Shown here piece after piece: positions 1 through 10,089 of a stretch of 64,000 nt of DNA. Within the stretch, counting starts at the first letter, position 1, and each line of letters opens with the position of its first letter. The position numbers and the translations under genes were made by a program. The stretch lies in NCBI GenBank assembly GCA_963555825.3, contig CAUVXB020000001.1:1664001-1728000 (forward strand), written 5' to 3'. Origin of the DNA: Alphaproteobacteria bacterium (GTDB lineage: Bacteria; Pseudomonadota; Alphaproteobacteria; JAAXGF01). A model generated the notes under the pieces. That model made no database searches. It was not told the origin of the DNA and saw only the letters and a program-made list of their open reading frames with translations.

Positions 1-411
1 CTCCATGGGGCTTGCGAGGCTGTATGCCTCGACCTCCGCCGGTGCGGCGCGGGGGCTGGCCTTGCGGATGGATCACGGCTCCCAGTATCTGTCGGACCAC
101 TTCACCAACCAGATCAAGTTCTGGGGCATCCAGCCGTCCTACGCCTTCGTCGAACAGCCCCAGACCAACGGCGTCGCCGAGAGGTTCAATCGCACGCTCA
201 AGGAACAGATCATCCATGGCCGCATCTACCGCAACATCGCGGAGCTGCGGAACGCCGTCCGCGGGTTCGTCGAACAGTACAATGCCCAGTGGATCGTGGA
301 GAAGAACGGCTACCTGAGCCCCGCTCAAGCTCGTCAGGCGTGGCACACCGCGATGTCACTCAGGCCCGCCGCATGAGACAAACTTGTGTCCAAGGAACCG
401 GGTGCGATACA
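1..411 (+). mobile_element. 3' part of two-ORF IS3/IS481-like element (copy 1, truncated by window edge)
   Basis: Identical to the 3' end of 58850-60269; rve integrase C-terminus (DHGSQY...NGVAERFNRTLK); right end ...CCGGGTGCGATACA at 411. Confidence 0.93.
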
Positions 412-675
412 GCTCTGATGAACTCGGCAATCGCAACCGGCTCCGAGATCACCGTGCCTTCAGAGACGATCTCGCCACTGCTATCGACCACGCAGATCGC
501 GTTCAGGCGGCTTACGCGGCCTTCGGCCACGGTCCGCCCTCACCCTTGAGCGACACATCCATTCCAACATTCGGTTCCATAGCTGCTCTCCTGCTCTTTC
601 GTTGCACTCGGACCGGCCCATGCCGGTCGTTGCTACATTAAGGAGAGCAGTGCCCGATCCCCGAGTTACGCCATG
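412..675 (-). pseudogene. 5' remnant of a related IS110/IS1111 element (left end and start of transposase, ATG at 580)
   Basis: Reverse complement closely matches 825-~1035; degenerate, with an ~44 nt hairpin insertion at ~500-543; cut by the IS3/IS481-like element. Confidence 0.85.
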
Positions 676-826
676 TGTAAGAACGCCGGCAAATCCCACT
701 AACAGGAGAGTGTTCGGTCAATTCTTCGAAGGTGTCCTCTGATAAGATATTGATTTTGTTGAGTTTAGAAATTCGAGAATTCAGAGAAAATCGTGCCGAT
801 AGCGCTCGGGGGCGGTTTTTACACAT
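674..826. mobile_element. MITE-like, AT-rich ~150 bp unit with inverted ends, interrupted by IS110 at both ends
   Basis: TGTGTAAGAACGCC (674-687) versus GGCGGTTTTTTACACA (811-826); right end reconstitutes to GTTTTTTACACAGCCT after removing the IS110. Confidence 0.65.
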
Positions 827-917
827 GGCGTAACTCGGGGATCGGGCACTGCTCTCCTTAATGTAGCAACGACCGGCATGGGCCGGGCGAGCACACTGAA
901 AGAGCAGGAGAGCAGCT

Positions 918-1949
918 ATGGAACTGTATGTTGGAATGGATGTATCGCTCAAGGAGACCTCGATCTGCGTGGTCGATGACAACGGCGAGATCGTGTCCGA
1001 GGGCGTGGTGATCTCGGAGCCGGCGGCAATCGCGGCGTATATCAGGACAACGGCGCCGCACGCAAAGCGCATCGGTCTGGAGACCGGTCCGACGACGACC
1101 TGGCTGTGGCATGAGCTCAGGGCGCTCGGCTTGCCGGTGATCTGCATCGATGCGCGTCATGCCAAGGCGGCGCTGTCGATGCAGATCAACAAGAGCGACC
1201 GGAACGATGCCGCCGGGATCGCGCGGATCATGCAGTGCGGTTGGTACAAGGAGGTCCAAGTCAAGAGCGTGGCGTGCCACGAGATACGGGCCGTCCTGAA
1301 CAGCCGGGCCCAGTTGGTCAAGATCAAGCGTGATCTCGAGAACCAGATCCGTGGCTTGCTCAAGAACCTCGGCCTCGTCATCGGCAAGGCGGGCGGCAAT
1401 GTCTTCCGTCGCCGGGTCGAAGAGCTGCTTGGCGGGCAGGGTCTTTTGTCGGAGGCCGTTCGGCCCCTTCTGGAAGTCCGCGAGAAGGTCGGCCGAGAGA
1501 TCGCCGCGCTCTATCGCAAGCTGCTGGGCCTGGCGCGGAACGACGAGGACAGCAGACGTTCCATGACGGTTCCAGGCATCGGGCCGATCACCGCCTTGGC
1601 CTTCCACTCGGCGATCGACGAGCCGAGCCGCTTCCGACGTTCCCGGAGTGTCGGCGCGTACATCGGGCTGACGCCGCGCCGCCATGCTTCCGGCGAGGTC
1701 GATTGGACGGGGCGGATCTCCAAATGCGGCGATCGAATGCTCAGGACCTACCTCTTCGAGGCGGCCGGCGTGCTGCTCACCCGGGTGCCGCGATGGTGCG
1801 CGCTCAAGGCCTGGGGTCACAGGTTGTGGAAACGCATCGGCTTCAAGAAGGCCAAGATCGCCGTGGCACGGAAGCTGGCGGTCATCCTCCATCGCATGTG
1901 GCGTGATGGAACGGACTTCATCTGGTCAACCAAGGAGGCGGCCGCATAG
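918..1949 (+). CDS. IS110-family DEDD recombinase/transposase (343 aa)
   Basis: YVGMDVS, GLETG, KSDRNDA (DEDD RuvC-like); TVPGIG, GLTP...SG, ISKCGD, AVARKL; RBS GGAG upstream. Confidence 0.96.
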   Translation: MELYVGMDVSLKETSICVVDDNGEIVSEGVVISEPAAIAAYIRTTAPHAKRIGLETGPTTTWLWHELRALGLPVICIDARHAKAALSMQINKSDRNDAAGIARIMQCGWYKEVQVKSVACHEIRAVLNSRAQLVKIKRDLENQIRGLLKNLGLVIGKAGGNVFRRRVEELLGGQGLLSEAVRPLLEVREKVGREIAALYRKLLGLARNDEDSRRSMTVPGIGPITALAFHSAIDEPSRFRRSRSVGAYIGLTPRRHASGEVDWTGRISKCGDRMLRTYLFEAAGVLLTRVPRWCALKAWGHRLWKRIGFKKAKIAVARKLAVILHRMWRDGTDFIWSTKEAAA

Positions 1950-1954
1950 GGAAA

Positions 1955-2160
1955 CAACGTCCAAGCATTCCGCGAGAGCGGAACCGATGTCCCTGTCGGG
2001 ACGGCGGCGTCGGCGAGATCGATCCAGGCTTTGCGATGCCTCACCGAGGCAAGCGCGCTTCACACATTGATCCGCCAACGTCCTCCAACGCCATCATGCG
2101 GAGGGCCGAGCCCCTACCGCGGAGAGAACAGTGAACCCGGCAGGTACGTCACGGAGAGCT
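1955..2160 (+). ncRNA. Putative bridge/seek RNA of the IS110 element
   Basis: Two stem-flanked internal loops carry CCAGGCT (2024-2030) and TTCACACA (2059-2066), matching the target flanks, and ACGCCAT (2088-2094) and AGAGAACA (2123-2130), matching the element ends; RNA boundaries approximate. Confidence 0.8.
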
Positions 2161-2163
2161 TGA

Positions 2164-2209
2164 CAACCAACCCCCGAGTTAGAGAACAACCAACCCCCGA
2201 GTTAGAGAA
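2164..2209 (+). repeat. Perfect 23-bp tandem duplication of the IS110 right end
   Basis: CAACCAACCCCCGAGTTAGAGAA twice, overlapped at its start by TTGACA (2160-2165). Confidence 0.95.
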
Positions 2210-2213
2210 CAGC

Positions 2214-3398
2214 CTAGTGTCCTGATCGATAAATTGATATGATTATGTCTCTATTTGTTTTTAGGAGGCGCGATTGATGGCGAGAGTGGCGGTGACGATC
2301 TCTTTGAGCGATGACGAGCGCGCCGAATTGGAGGCGCTGTCTCGTCGTCGCAAGACGTCGCAGGGGCTTGCGCGGCGGGCTCGGATCGTCTTGGCGGCGG
2401 CGGAAGGGTTGGAGAACAAGGAGATCGCCGTTCGTCTCGAGGCGAGCGCGGACACCGTGGGCAAGTGGCGTCGCCGCTATGCGGCGGAGGGCCTCGACGG
2501 TCTGTACGACGAACCCCGCCCCGGCGCGCCGCGTCAAATCGGCGATGACGCCATCGCGGAAGCGGTCCGGCTGACGCTGGAAGAGACGCCGCCGGACGCG
2601 ACCCATTGGAGCCTTCGCTCGATGGCGCGGGCGAGCGGCCACGCGCCCTCGACCATTCATCGCATCTGGCGGGCCTTCGGCTTGCAGCCGCATCGCTCGG
2701 AGACCTTCAAGCTGTCGAGCGATCCCTTCTTCGTGGAGAAGGTCCGCGACATCGTCGGTCTGTATTTGGCGCCGCCGGATCGTGCCCTGGTTCTCTGTGT
2801 CGACGAAAAGAGCCAGATCCAGGCCCTGGACCGTTCCCAGCCCCTCTTGCCGATGCGCCCCGGGCAGGCGGAGCGGCGCAGCCACGACTACAAGCGCCAC
2901 GGCACGACCTCTCTCTTCGCGGCCCTCGACATCGCCACGGGAGAGATCATCGGCAAATGTTTCCCGCGCCATCGGGCCCGAGAGTTCCGCAAATTCCTCG
3001 ACCTCGTCGAGGCGAACGTCCCTGCTGATCTCGACATCCACATCGTCATGGACAACTACGGGACCCACAAGACCAAGGCGATCCGCGACTGGTTCGCCAA
3101 ACGGCCGCGCTGGCAGGCCCATTTCACACCCACCAGCGCCTCCTGGCTGAACCAGGTCGAGCGCTGGTTCGGGCTGCTGACCGACAAGCAGATCAGGCGC
3201 GGCGTCCATCGCTCCACCAAGGAGTTGGAGCGCACCATCCTCGACTACATCGACACGACAAACCAGAACCCCAAACCCTTCAAATGGACCAAATCCGCCG
3301 ATGACATCCTCGGCGCCATCCAGCGCTTCTGCCTCCGAACAATCGAAATCGCTGAACAGCAGGCGAAAATCATGCGAACTTCGGAATCGGGACACTAG
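2214..3398 (+). mobile_element. IS630-family element, type A, copy 1; transposase CDS 2274-3398 (374 aa)
   Basis: HTH plus DEKS...DNY...LNQVE DDE; CTAG at both ends; TIR TGTCCTGAT/TCGGGACA; stop codon lies in the terminal CTAG. Confidence 0.95.
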
Positions 3399-3700
3399 AC
3401 CCAGAGCGGAGTAACGGTAGGGCGACATGATTAAAAATGGCGACAGCACAGAGACCCGCTCAAGTGCCGCGCGCGTGTCTATGGAATTCATCGCCCGCAT
3501 GGTCGAGCGTCATCGCCCGCCAAGGCTGCGGATGGGGATTCGGTTGATGAATGGCATGCCGATTGCGAGGGCAGGAGCACGATTCCGGATTGAATGCGCC
3601 AAGGCGGACAACCACCCCTCGCGCGGGGGTGGCGAGTAGGACGAGCCTTTTACCGCCTTCTACTACGTCGATTGTGCCGGCGGTGTGATCGGCGCAAAGA

Positions 3701-3735
3701 GAAGCCCGCGCCGAGGTAGGCTAGGCGCGGGCTTC
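3701..3735 (-). terminator. Probable intrinsic terminator downstream of the XRE gene
   Basis: 12-bp stem GAAGCCCGCGCC/GGCGCGGGCTTC followed on the minus strand by TCTTT. Confidence 0.5.
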
Positions 3736-3858
3736 CCTGCCGCGCGGCCCATGGCTTCCAAACATGACCACGCGGCGGTGACAGGATAGCAGACGCCGAC
3801 GTCGATATTTGACTTTCTCGCTTGGCACAACGCCTCTATGGGCGTGTCCCGAATAGCG

Positions 3859-4443
3859 TCAGCGATCCGCCAACTTCTCAGCAGCGCCCGGATAGCCCAC
3901 GGCCGCCAGCGCCTCTAAATCAGCCTTGCTCTTTCGGCCTCTCTTTTTCAGCACGGCTAACGCCACCTTGCCGACCTTCGTGCGGCCATCAATCTTGGTC
4001 CTATCAAACTCTATTGCTTGAACCGGCGGTGCCCGCCGGCGGCCCGCAACCGATGACTGACCCAACTTGGCGGCAGCCTGGGTGAGCTTACGGATACTGT
4101 CCCTCACGGCGGGATCGGAAATAGCGTAGTAGGCCCGCACGAGTTCCAGCGTCTCGCGCTTGGTCAATTGTTCGTCACGCGGTGGTGCATTCTTGCCCGG
4201 TTCCATCCCTTCATAGAAATATGTCACGGGCACGCCGAATAGCTGAGCCAGCTCATATAGCCGACTCGCGCTAATGCGATTGTGGCCCCTCTCATATTTC
4301 TGCAATTGCTGGAATGTAAGGCCCAGCTTTTCGGCAACCGCCGTCTGACTCATACCTTCCAAGGTGCGGCGTTCTCGTGCTCTGCGTCCGACGAGCACGT
4401 CCACCGGATGCGGACCATCCTTCGCAACTGTACGTCGCGTCAT
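3859..4443 (-). CDS. XRE-family helix-turn-helix transcriptional regulator
   Basis: HPVDVLVGRR...MSQTAVAEKLGLTFQQLQKYERGHNRISASRL, typical of alphaproteobacterial HTH_3; C-terminal ~65 aa may be read-through. Confidence 0.88.
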   Translation of the reverse strand: MTRRTVAKDGPHPVDVLVGRRARERRTLEGMSQTAVAEKLGLTFQQLQKYERGHNRISASRLYELAQLFGVPVTYFYEGMEPGKNAPPRDEQLTKRETLELVRAYYAISDPAVRDSIRKLTQAAAKLGQSSVAGRRRAPPVQAIEFDRTKIDGRTKVGKVALAVLKKRGRKSKADLEALAAVGYPGAAEKLADR

Positions 4444-4545
4444 GCTACTTCCCCCAAAAGAACAACCAGTCTATACCACGTAATACCGCCGGCTGTATCG
4501 AAAGGAAAGGCCTGTGTGCAAGAGATACTCGCCAGGCCCATGAAT

Positions 4546-4842
4546 TCAGCGGGCCACGAGCAGATTGGTGATTTGGCTCAGCGCCCCCTCTATCTTCAGC
4601 TGTGCGCGTTCGTCGTCTGACGCGCGACGCTGGGTGAACGAGCCGTCCATGTTCCGGGTGATCGTCGCGAAATCGCCGGGCGGGCCGGCGAAGGTGCCGC
4701 CGGCGGTCTGGCTCAGGAACACCGTCAGCGGCTGGAACGCCGACGTCGAGCTGGTGCCGACCTCCGGATCGGGCGCGGTTACAGCAATTTGGTTTGTCAC
4801 GCGTATCACGCGGTCTGTGAAGTGCTTCACATTTGTGGACAT
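4546..4842 (-). CDS. Hypothetical protein (98 aa)
   Basis: ATG ORF, plausible codon usage, co-oriented with the XRE gene. Confidence 0.45.
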   Translation of the reverse strand: MSTNVKHFTDRVIRVTNQIAVTAPDPEVGTSSTSAFQPLTVFLSQTAGGTFAGPPGDFATITRNMDGSFTQRRASDDERAQLKIEGALSQITNLLVAR

Positions 4843-7800
4843 TTGATCGCGCGTGACTCACCCTGGGATAGAGCGCGCCGTGTATCGGGGTAAGAGATCT
4901 GCTCAACCAACAGCAGCGCCACCGATACGTTCGGACGATGCCATCGGATCGGCTTGGGCAGCGTTTGCCTGAAGGGTGAGTCTCTGGTTTAGGTTGCGCA
5001 TGCGCCGGCGAAGCCGAATACTGGGAGTTTCGGGGTCATCTTGTTTCGAAGTCGTGGCCCCGCCATCGAGCGATTGCTCCGTGTTTTTTCACGCTTTCGT
5101 GAGATGGGGGGCCGCAGGCGCGTATTACAATTGAGGCGCTGCCTATGCTGTGGGGGCTAGGGCGGAGAACAACTCAGTGTCGAGGAGGACACACGGTGCT
5201 GTTGGGGACGGGGTGGATGACCGGCGCCGGTCACCCGCGGCAGCGACCGTACGCGACCAGGGTCACGCGCCGTATTCGGTAGTAGACAATCCGTTCGAGC
5301 CGTTCGACGGTGAGCGGAAATTCGCCTCCGTGTTGTTCGCCGATATCGTCAAGTCGTCCGCCATGGTCTCGGGTCGCGATCCCGAACAGGCGAACGATTT
5401 GCTCATGCCTGTCCTGCAGTTGTTGATCAATTCGGCTCACCAGTTTGGCGGCACTGTCACCCTGGTCCTCGGCGACGGGATCATGGTCGTGTTCGGCGCG
5501 CCAATCGCGCAATAAGACCACGCGATCCGGGCGTGTCTCGCGGCCGACGGGATGCAGAATGCCATCCGCCTGGCCTTCGGTGCGGGGCCGCCGCCGGCGG
5601 GTCCGCCGATCGCGATTCGGGTCGGGCTCAATTCGGGCGAGGTCGTGATACAGACCGTCGAGAACGACCTGTCGGCCGAGTATCGGGTCGCCGGCGAGAC
5701 CATGTACATCGCCGCGCGCATGGAGAAGGCGGCCGGGCCCGGCGTAACGCTGCTATCCGAGGAAACCTTGAAGCTGGCCGCGCGTTGGGTCGAGGCCAGC
5801 CGGGCCGGGCGCTTCGCGTTGACCGCGGGCGCGCGCAGAGTGACCGCCTTCGAGCTCGAACGCGTCACGCGCGACAAGACCGTCTTGCGCCACGCGTTGC
5901 CGCCGCGGATGGACGTCTTCGTCGGCCGGGACGACGACATCGAGTTCATGCACGACGTCCTGCGAAGCGTCGAGAACGGAGACGGCAAGGCGTTGGTCGT
6001 CACGGGCGAGGCCGGCGTCGGCAAGTCTCGGCTGGTTCATGAGTTTCTCCGATCCGGCCGCGCCGACCAACACCACGTAATCGAATGTGCGCTGTTGCCG
6101 GCCGGCCTCGTGCAACCGCTGGAGCCGCTGACCCGCATCGTCGGCAGTCTGATGGCCATCGAGCCGGACGCGACGGCCGCAACGATCTCGGCCAAGGCGT
6201 CGAGGCTTCTGGATTCGCTGGACATCGCCGACGACATTGCCGTGCCGGCCGTCCTCGGTATTTTCGACGTTCCGCACGGTTCGCCGTCGTGGTTGGCTTT
6301 GGATCCACCCGAGCGGCTCGGCGCCATGATCGACACGGCGACCCGGATCATCCTCGCGGCGAGCCGCCTGAGGCCGGTCGTCATCGTATTCGATGACTTT
6401 CATTGGGCCGACTCGGAGACGCGGCTGCTCGCCGAGGAGCTGGCCAGCCGTCTGGCGTCGTCACGGGTCCTGCTGGCCATCACCTCGCGCAGGCCTCACG
6501 GCGAGGACCATATCGATTGGCCGGGCGCGATCGAACACCGGTTGGGCCGTTTGACGGCGCGGCAGAGCGCCGAGCTGTTACAATCCCTGCTCGGCGACGC
6601 CGCCGATCTGGACGATCTGAAGGAGCTGTTGGTCAAGACCACCCAAGGCATTCCCTTCTTCATCGAAGAGTGCGTCCGGACGCTGGTCGAGACCGGAGCG
6701 TTGCGCGGCGCCGAGGGCGCCTATCGCCCGCAGGTTCCGATCGAGAGCCTGCAGATGCCGCTGAGCGTCCACGCCGTGCTGGCGGCGCGCATCGACTCGC
6801 TGCCGCGGGTCGATCGGTCCGTGCTGCTGTCCGCCTCGGTCGTCGGCCAGAATTTCGACGTCGGCCTGCTCCGCGACATCACCGACTTATCGGCCGAGGA
6901 ACTGATCGTTCGGCTCGATCGCTTGCGGGCCGCGGGGTTCGTTCAAAACACCAGTATCCTACCCAACCTCGAGTACAGCTTTGGGCACGCGCTGATCCAC
7001 GACGTCGCGTACCGCACCCTACTGAAGCGCCAACGGCGCGCCCTGCACGGCCGGCTCGTCGGCGCGATCAGGAAGCGCCGCACCGAGCAGCTCTCGGGCA
7101 AGATCGAGCTGCTCGCTTACCACGCGTACCGCGCCGAAGCGTGGCCCCAGGCGGCCGTCTACGGCCGCATGGCCGGCCAGAAGGCACAGTCGAAATCACG
7201 CAATCGGGAAGCGGCCGATTTCTTCGACAAAGCACTTCAGGCGTTGGACCAGCTTCCCCGAACGCGGAAGAACACGGAACGTTCGATCGACACTCGGCTC
7301 GAGCTGGCCCAGTCGCGCTTCCCGCTTGGAAAGAAAGATCAGGTTCATTTCGACCTCGTTGAAGCGGAGAATTTGGCCAAGGGTCTAGGTGACCACACCG
7401 GCTCGCAGAGATCTCATCAAGCAGGACTCTCTATCACTGGATAAATTGCGACCTTCAAGAAGCGGTTCGTACGGCCGAAAGCGCTCTCGATATCGCAGGC
7501 AGGCTCGACGACGTCGAACTCCACGTCTCGACCGCCGTGCGGCTAGGTGCGCTACTGGTGGACGTCGGTGATTATGAGCGGGCCTGCCAATTACTTGAGA
7601 TCGCTATTAGAAAAATTCCTGACGATGCGATTGACAATCGCTTTGGATTGCTTGCTGCCGCATCGGTTGCCTGTCGAGCGACATTGGCGCGGAGTTTAGG
7701 GGAGCTTGGCCGATTCGACGAGGCCATTCAGGTTGGCGACGAAGCCATAAGGATCGCTGATGAAGTCGGACATGCATTCAGTCAATTATATGCTCTTATG

Positions 7801-8082
7801 CATGCTGCCGCCGTTCTTCTGATCAAAGGGGGCTTTGAACAGAGCCTACCCCTCTTGGAGCGGAGCCTCGAACTGTGTGAATCGACGCGATCGAAACTCC
7901 TCGTTCCACAAGTAGCCAGTTCCTTGGGCTATGCCTATGTGCGAACAGACCAAGTTTCGCGAGGGCTTGCGCTCATGGAGGAAGCGGCGACAAGAGCCGA
8001 CAGACAACGTGATTTCGGCACGCACTGCCGACAGTTTTTGCGGTTGGCTGAGGCATACCTTTCAGCTGGACAGACAGATAAA

Positions 8083-9724
8083 CCCGCATTTCCCAAGTAT
8101 CGTCGATATTCAGTGCGGCGAGAAGGCGATTCTGCTATAAGAATCATGAAGTTGTAGCATACATGGAGCGGCGGATATGGCACACCCGATGGGTGAATCG
8201 AAACCGGGGTGCCTTCGGGTCGTTTTTGACCGTCGATTGAAGCTTGAATTCCACGGTTCCAAGATCACCTCTGATGCCGGGTTGCTCGCCTACCGGGAGC
8301 TTGACGATGCCCTCGGCCTGACTGAGATGGCCGAGGGTGTTTTCCAGGATAGCCGTACCGGCAAGAACGGATGGCACGGCATGACGGGTCAGTTTCGCCA
8401 GTCCGTTTTCGGGCGCCTTGGCGGCTATGACGATGTGAACGACGCCGACCGTCTGGGACGCGATCCCGCCATGCGCTGGATTGTTGGCGGCAAGGCCATC
8501 GAAAGACAGGCCGCTTCCACCAGCCAGATGGGACGCTTCGAGACGGAGCTATTGGCCACCGACGAGAACGTTGAAGCCTTGGTCGACATGAACGGGGTGT
8601 GGATCGACAAGGTTCATGACCGCCATCCGCCGAAGATGATCATTCTCGACATGGACAGCAGCGTCAGCCCGACCCATGGCGAACAAGAGGGAACAGCGTA
8701 CAATGGTCACTTCGGCTGTACCTGCTAGCATCCGCTATTCCTGTTCAACCAGTTCGGCGACTTGGAGAGATGTTCCCTGCGCCCCGGTAATGTTCACAGT
8801 GCCGACGGATGGCGGAATGTTCTGGAGCCGGTGGTGATGCGCTATAAGGAAAGGAAGGTGCGGCTGTATTTTCGTGGCGATGCCGCCTTCGCCTCACCGG
8901 AGATATACGAATATCTCGAAGCCGAGGGATTACTCTACGTCATCCGCCTCAAAGCGAACGCGATTCTCCAGCGGAACATTGCCCATCTGCTTACGCGACC
9001 TGTCGGTCGCCCGCCCGACCATGTTCGCCGTTTCCACGCCAGCTTCAGCTATCAGGCCGGATCGTGGAACAAGAAGCGCCGTGTCGTGGCCAAAGTGGAG
9101 TGGCACCCCGGCGAGCTGGTTCCTCGCGTCGGTTTCATCGTCACTAATCTGTCGCGCCCTACCAAGCGGGTGGTGGCGTTCTATAATCACCGTGGCACGG
9201 CGGAGCAGCACATCAAGGAAGGCAAGAACGCCATCAACTGGACCCGTCTGTCATGTCGCAAGTTCCGCAACAATGCCGTTCGGCTCCAGCTTCACGCCCT
9301 GGCCTACAATCTGGGCAACTTCATGAGGACACTGGCTTTGCCGAAGGAGGTGGAGCACTGGTCGATGACGACGTTGCGCGACAAGCTGGTGAAGATCGGG
9401 GCCAAGGTTGTCCGACATGGCCGCTACGTTACGTTCCAATTGGCTGAGGTGGCGGTGCCGAGGGACCTGTTCCGGAAAATCCTGAGCTTGATTGATGATC
9501 TGCGACGAAGACCCGCTCCGGCGTAGGCCGAGGGAATCGACGGCGAGGAGAAAGCGACAGGAGAGGTGTGTCTGGATGGCGAGAAAAATGACCGAGTGGC
9601 CTTCCAAGCGCGGGCCGATTACCAAAATCATGCCATCGGATGGCTGCATAGGGGATACAGTTCCCTTGGCGGTGGGAAAGTGGTACGATTTCCACGAATT
9701 TGGATGGTATATGGGGAATGTCGG
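8083..9724 (+). mobile_element. IS1380-family element, copy with premature TAG (CDS pieces 8177-8728 and 8729-9526)
   Basis: ITSDAG, DMDSS, RGDAAF, RGTAEQHIKEGK motifs; TIR CCCGCATTTCCCA/TGGGGAATGTCGG; 5-bp TSD ATAAA. Confidence 0.93.
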
Positions 9725-10089
9725 ATAAAGCAATCGGCTGTGCGTCGAGCGCTTTGGAATCAGCCAAACAGAATGGTGAAAAGGGCCACGAGGCGTGGGC
9801 GCTGTGGACTCTGGGAGAAATCCATACCAACGCAATCGAAGCTCTCGACCCCCTAGCCGAAAGGTGCGTCCGGGAAGCACAAACAATCGCTGTCGCCCGT
9901 CATATGGTCCCGCTGGCCGCCCATTGCCAAATGAGTCTCGGCAAGATTTTCGGACGCCAAGGGGCGTCGAAATCTGCTCGAAGCGAGCTTGACGCCGCGA
10001 TTTCATGTTACCGCAAGCTCGGCATGGGTTACTGGCTCGAGCTTGCGGAAGCCGAGGCGAAGAGAAAAGAGCCGGCCGGGCTACTTAGA

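Larger units (their letters stand above)
825..2211 (+). mobile_element. Complete IS110-family (IS1111-type) element bounded by a duplicated CA core
   Basis: CA at 825-826 and 2210-2211; sub-terminal inverted repeats TAACTCGGGG / CCCCGAGTTA; long 3' non-coding end. Confidence 0.9.

Noticed and set aside
2164-2209. Short direct repeats here and at 50394-50477 as CRISPR arrays
   Set aside because: Only two adjacent units each, no spacers, no cas genes
8726-8728. Amber read-through or recoding in IS1380
   Set aside because: TAG is a normal stop for many genes here and related copies have Tyr; a point mutation is simpler
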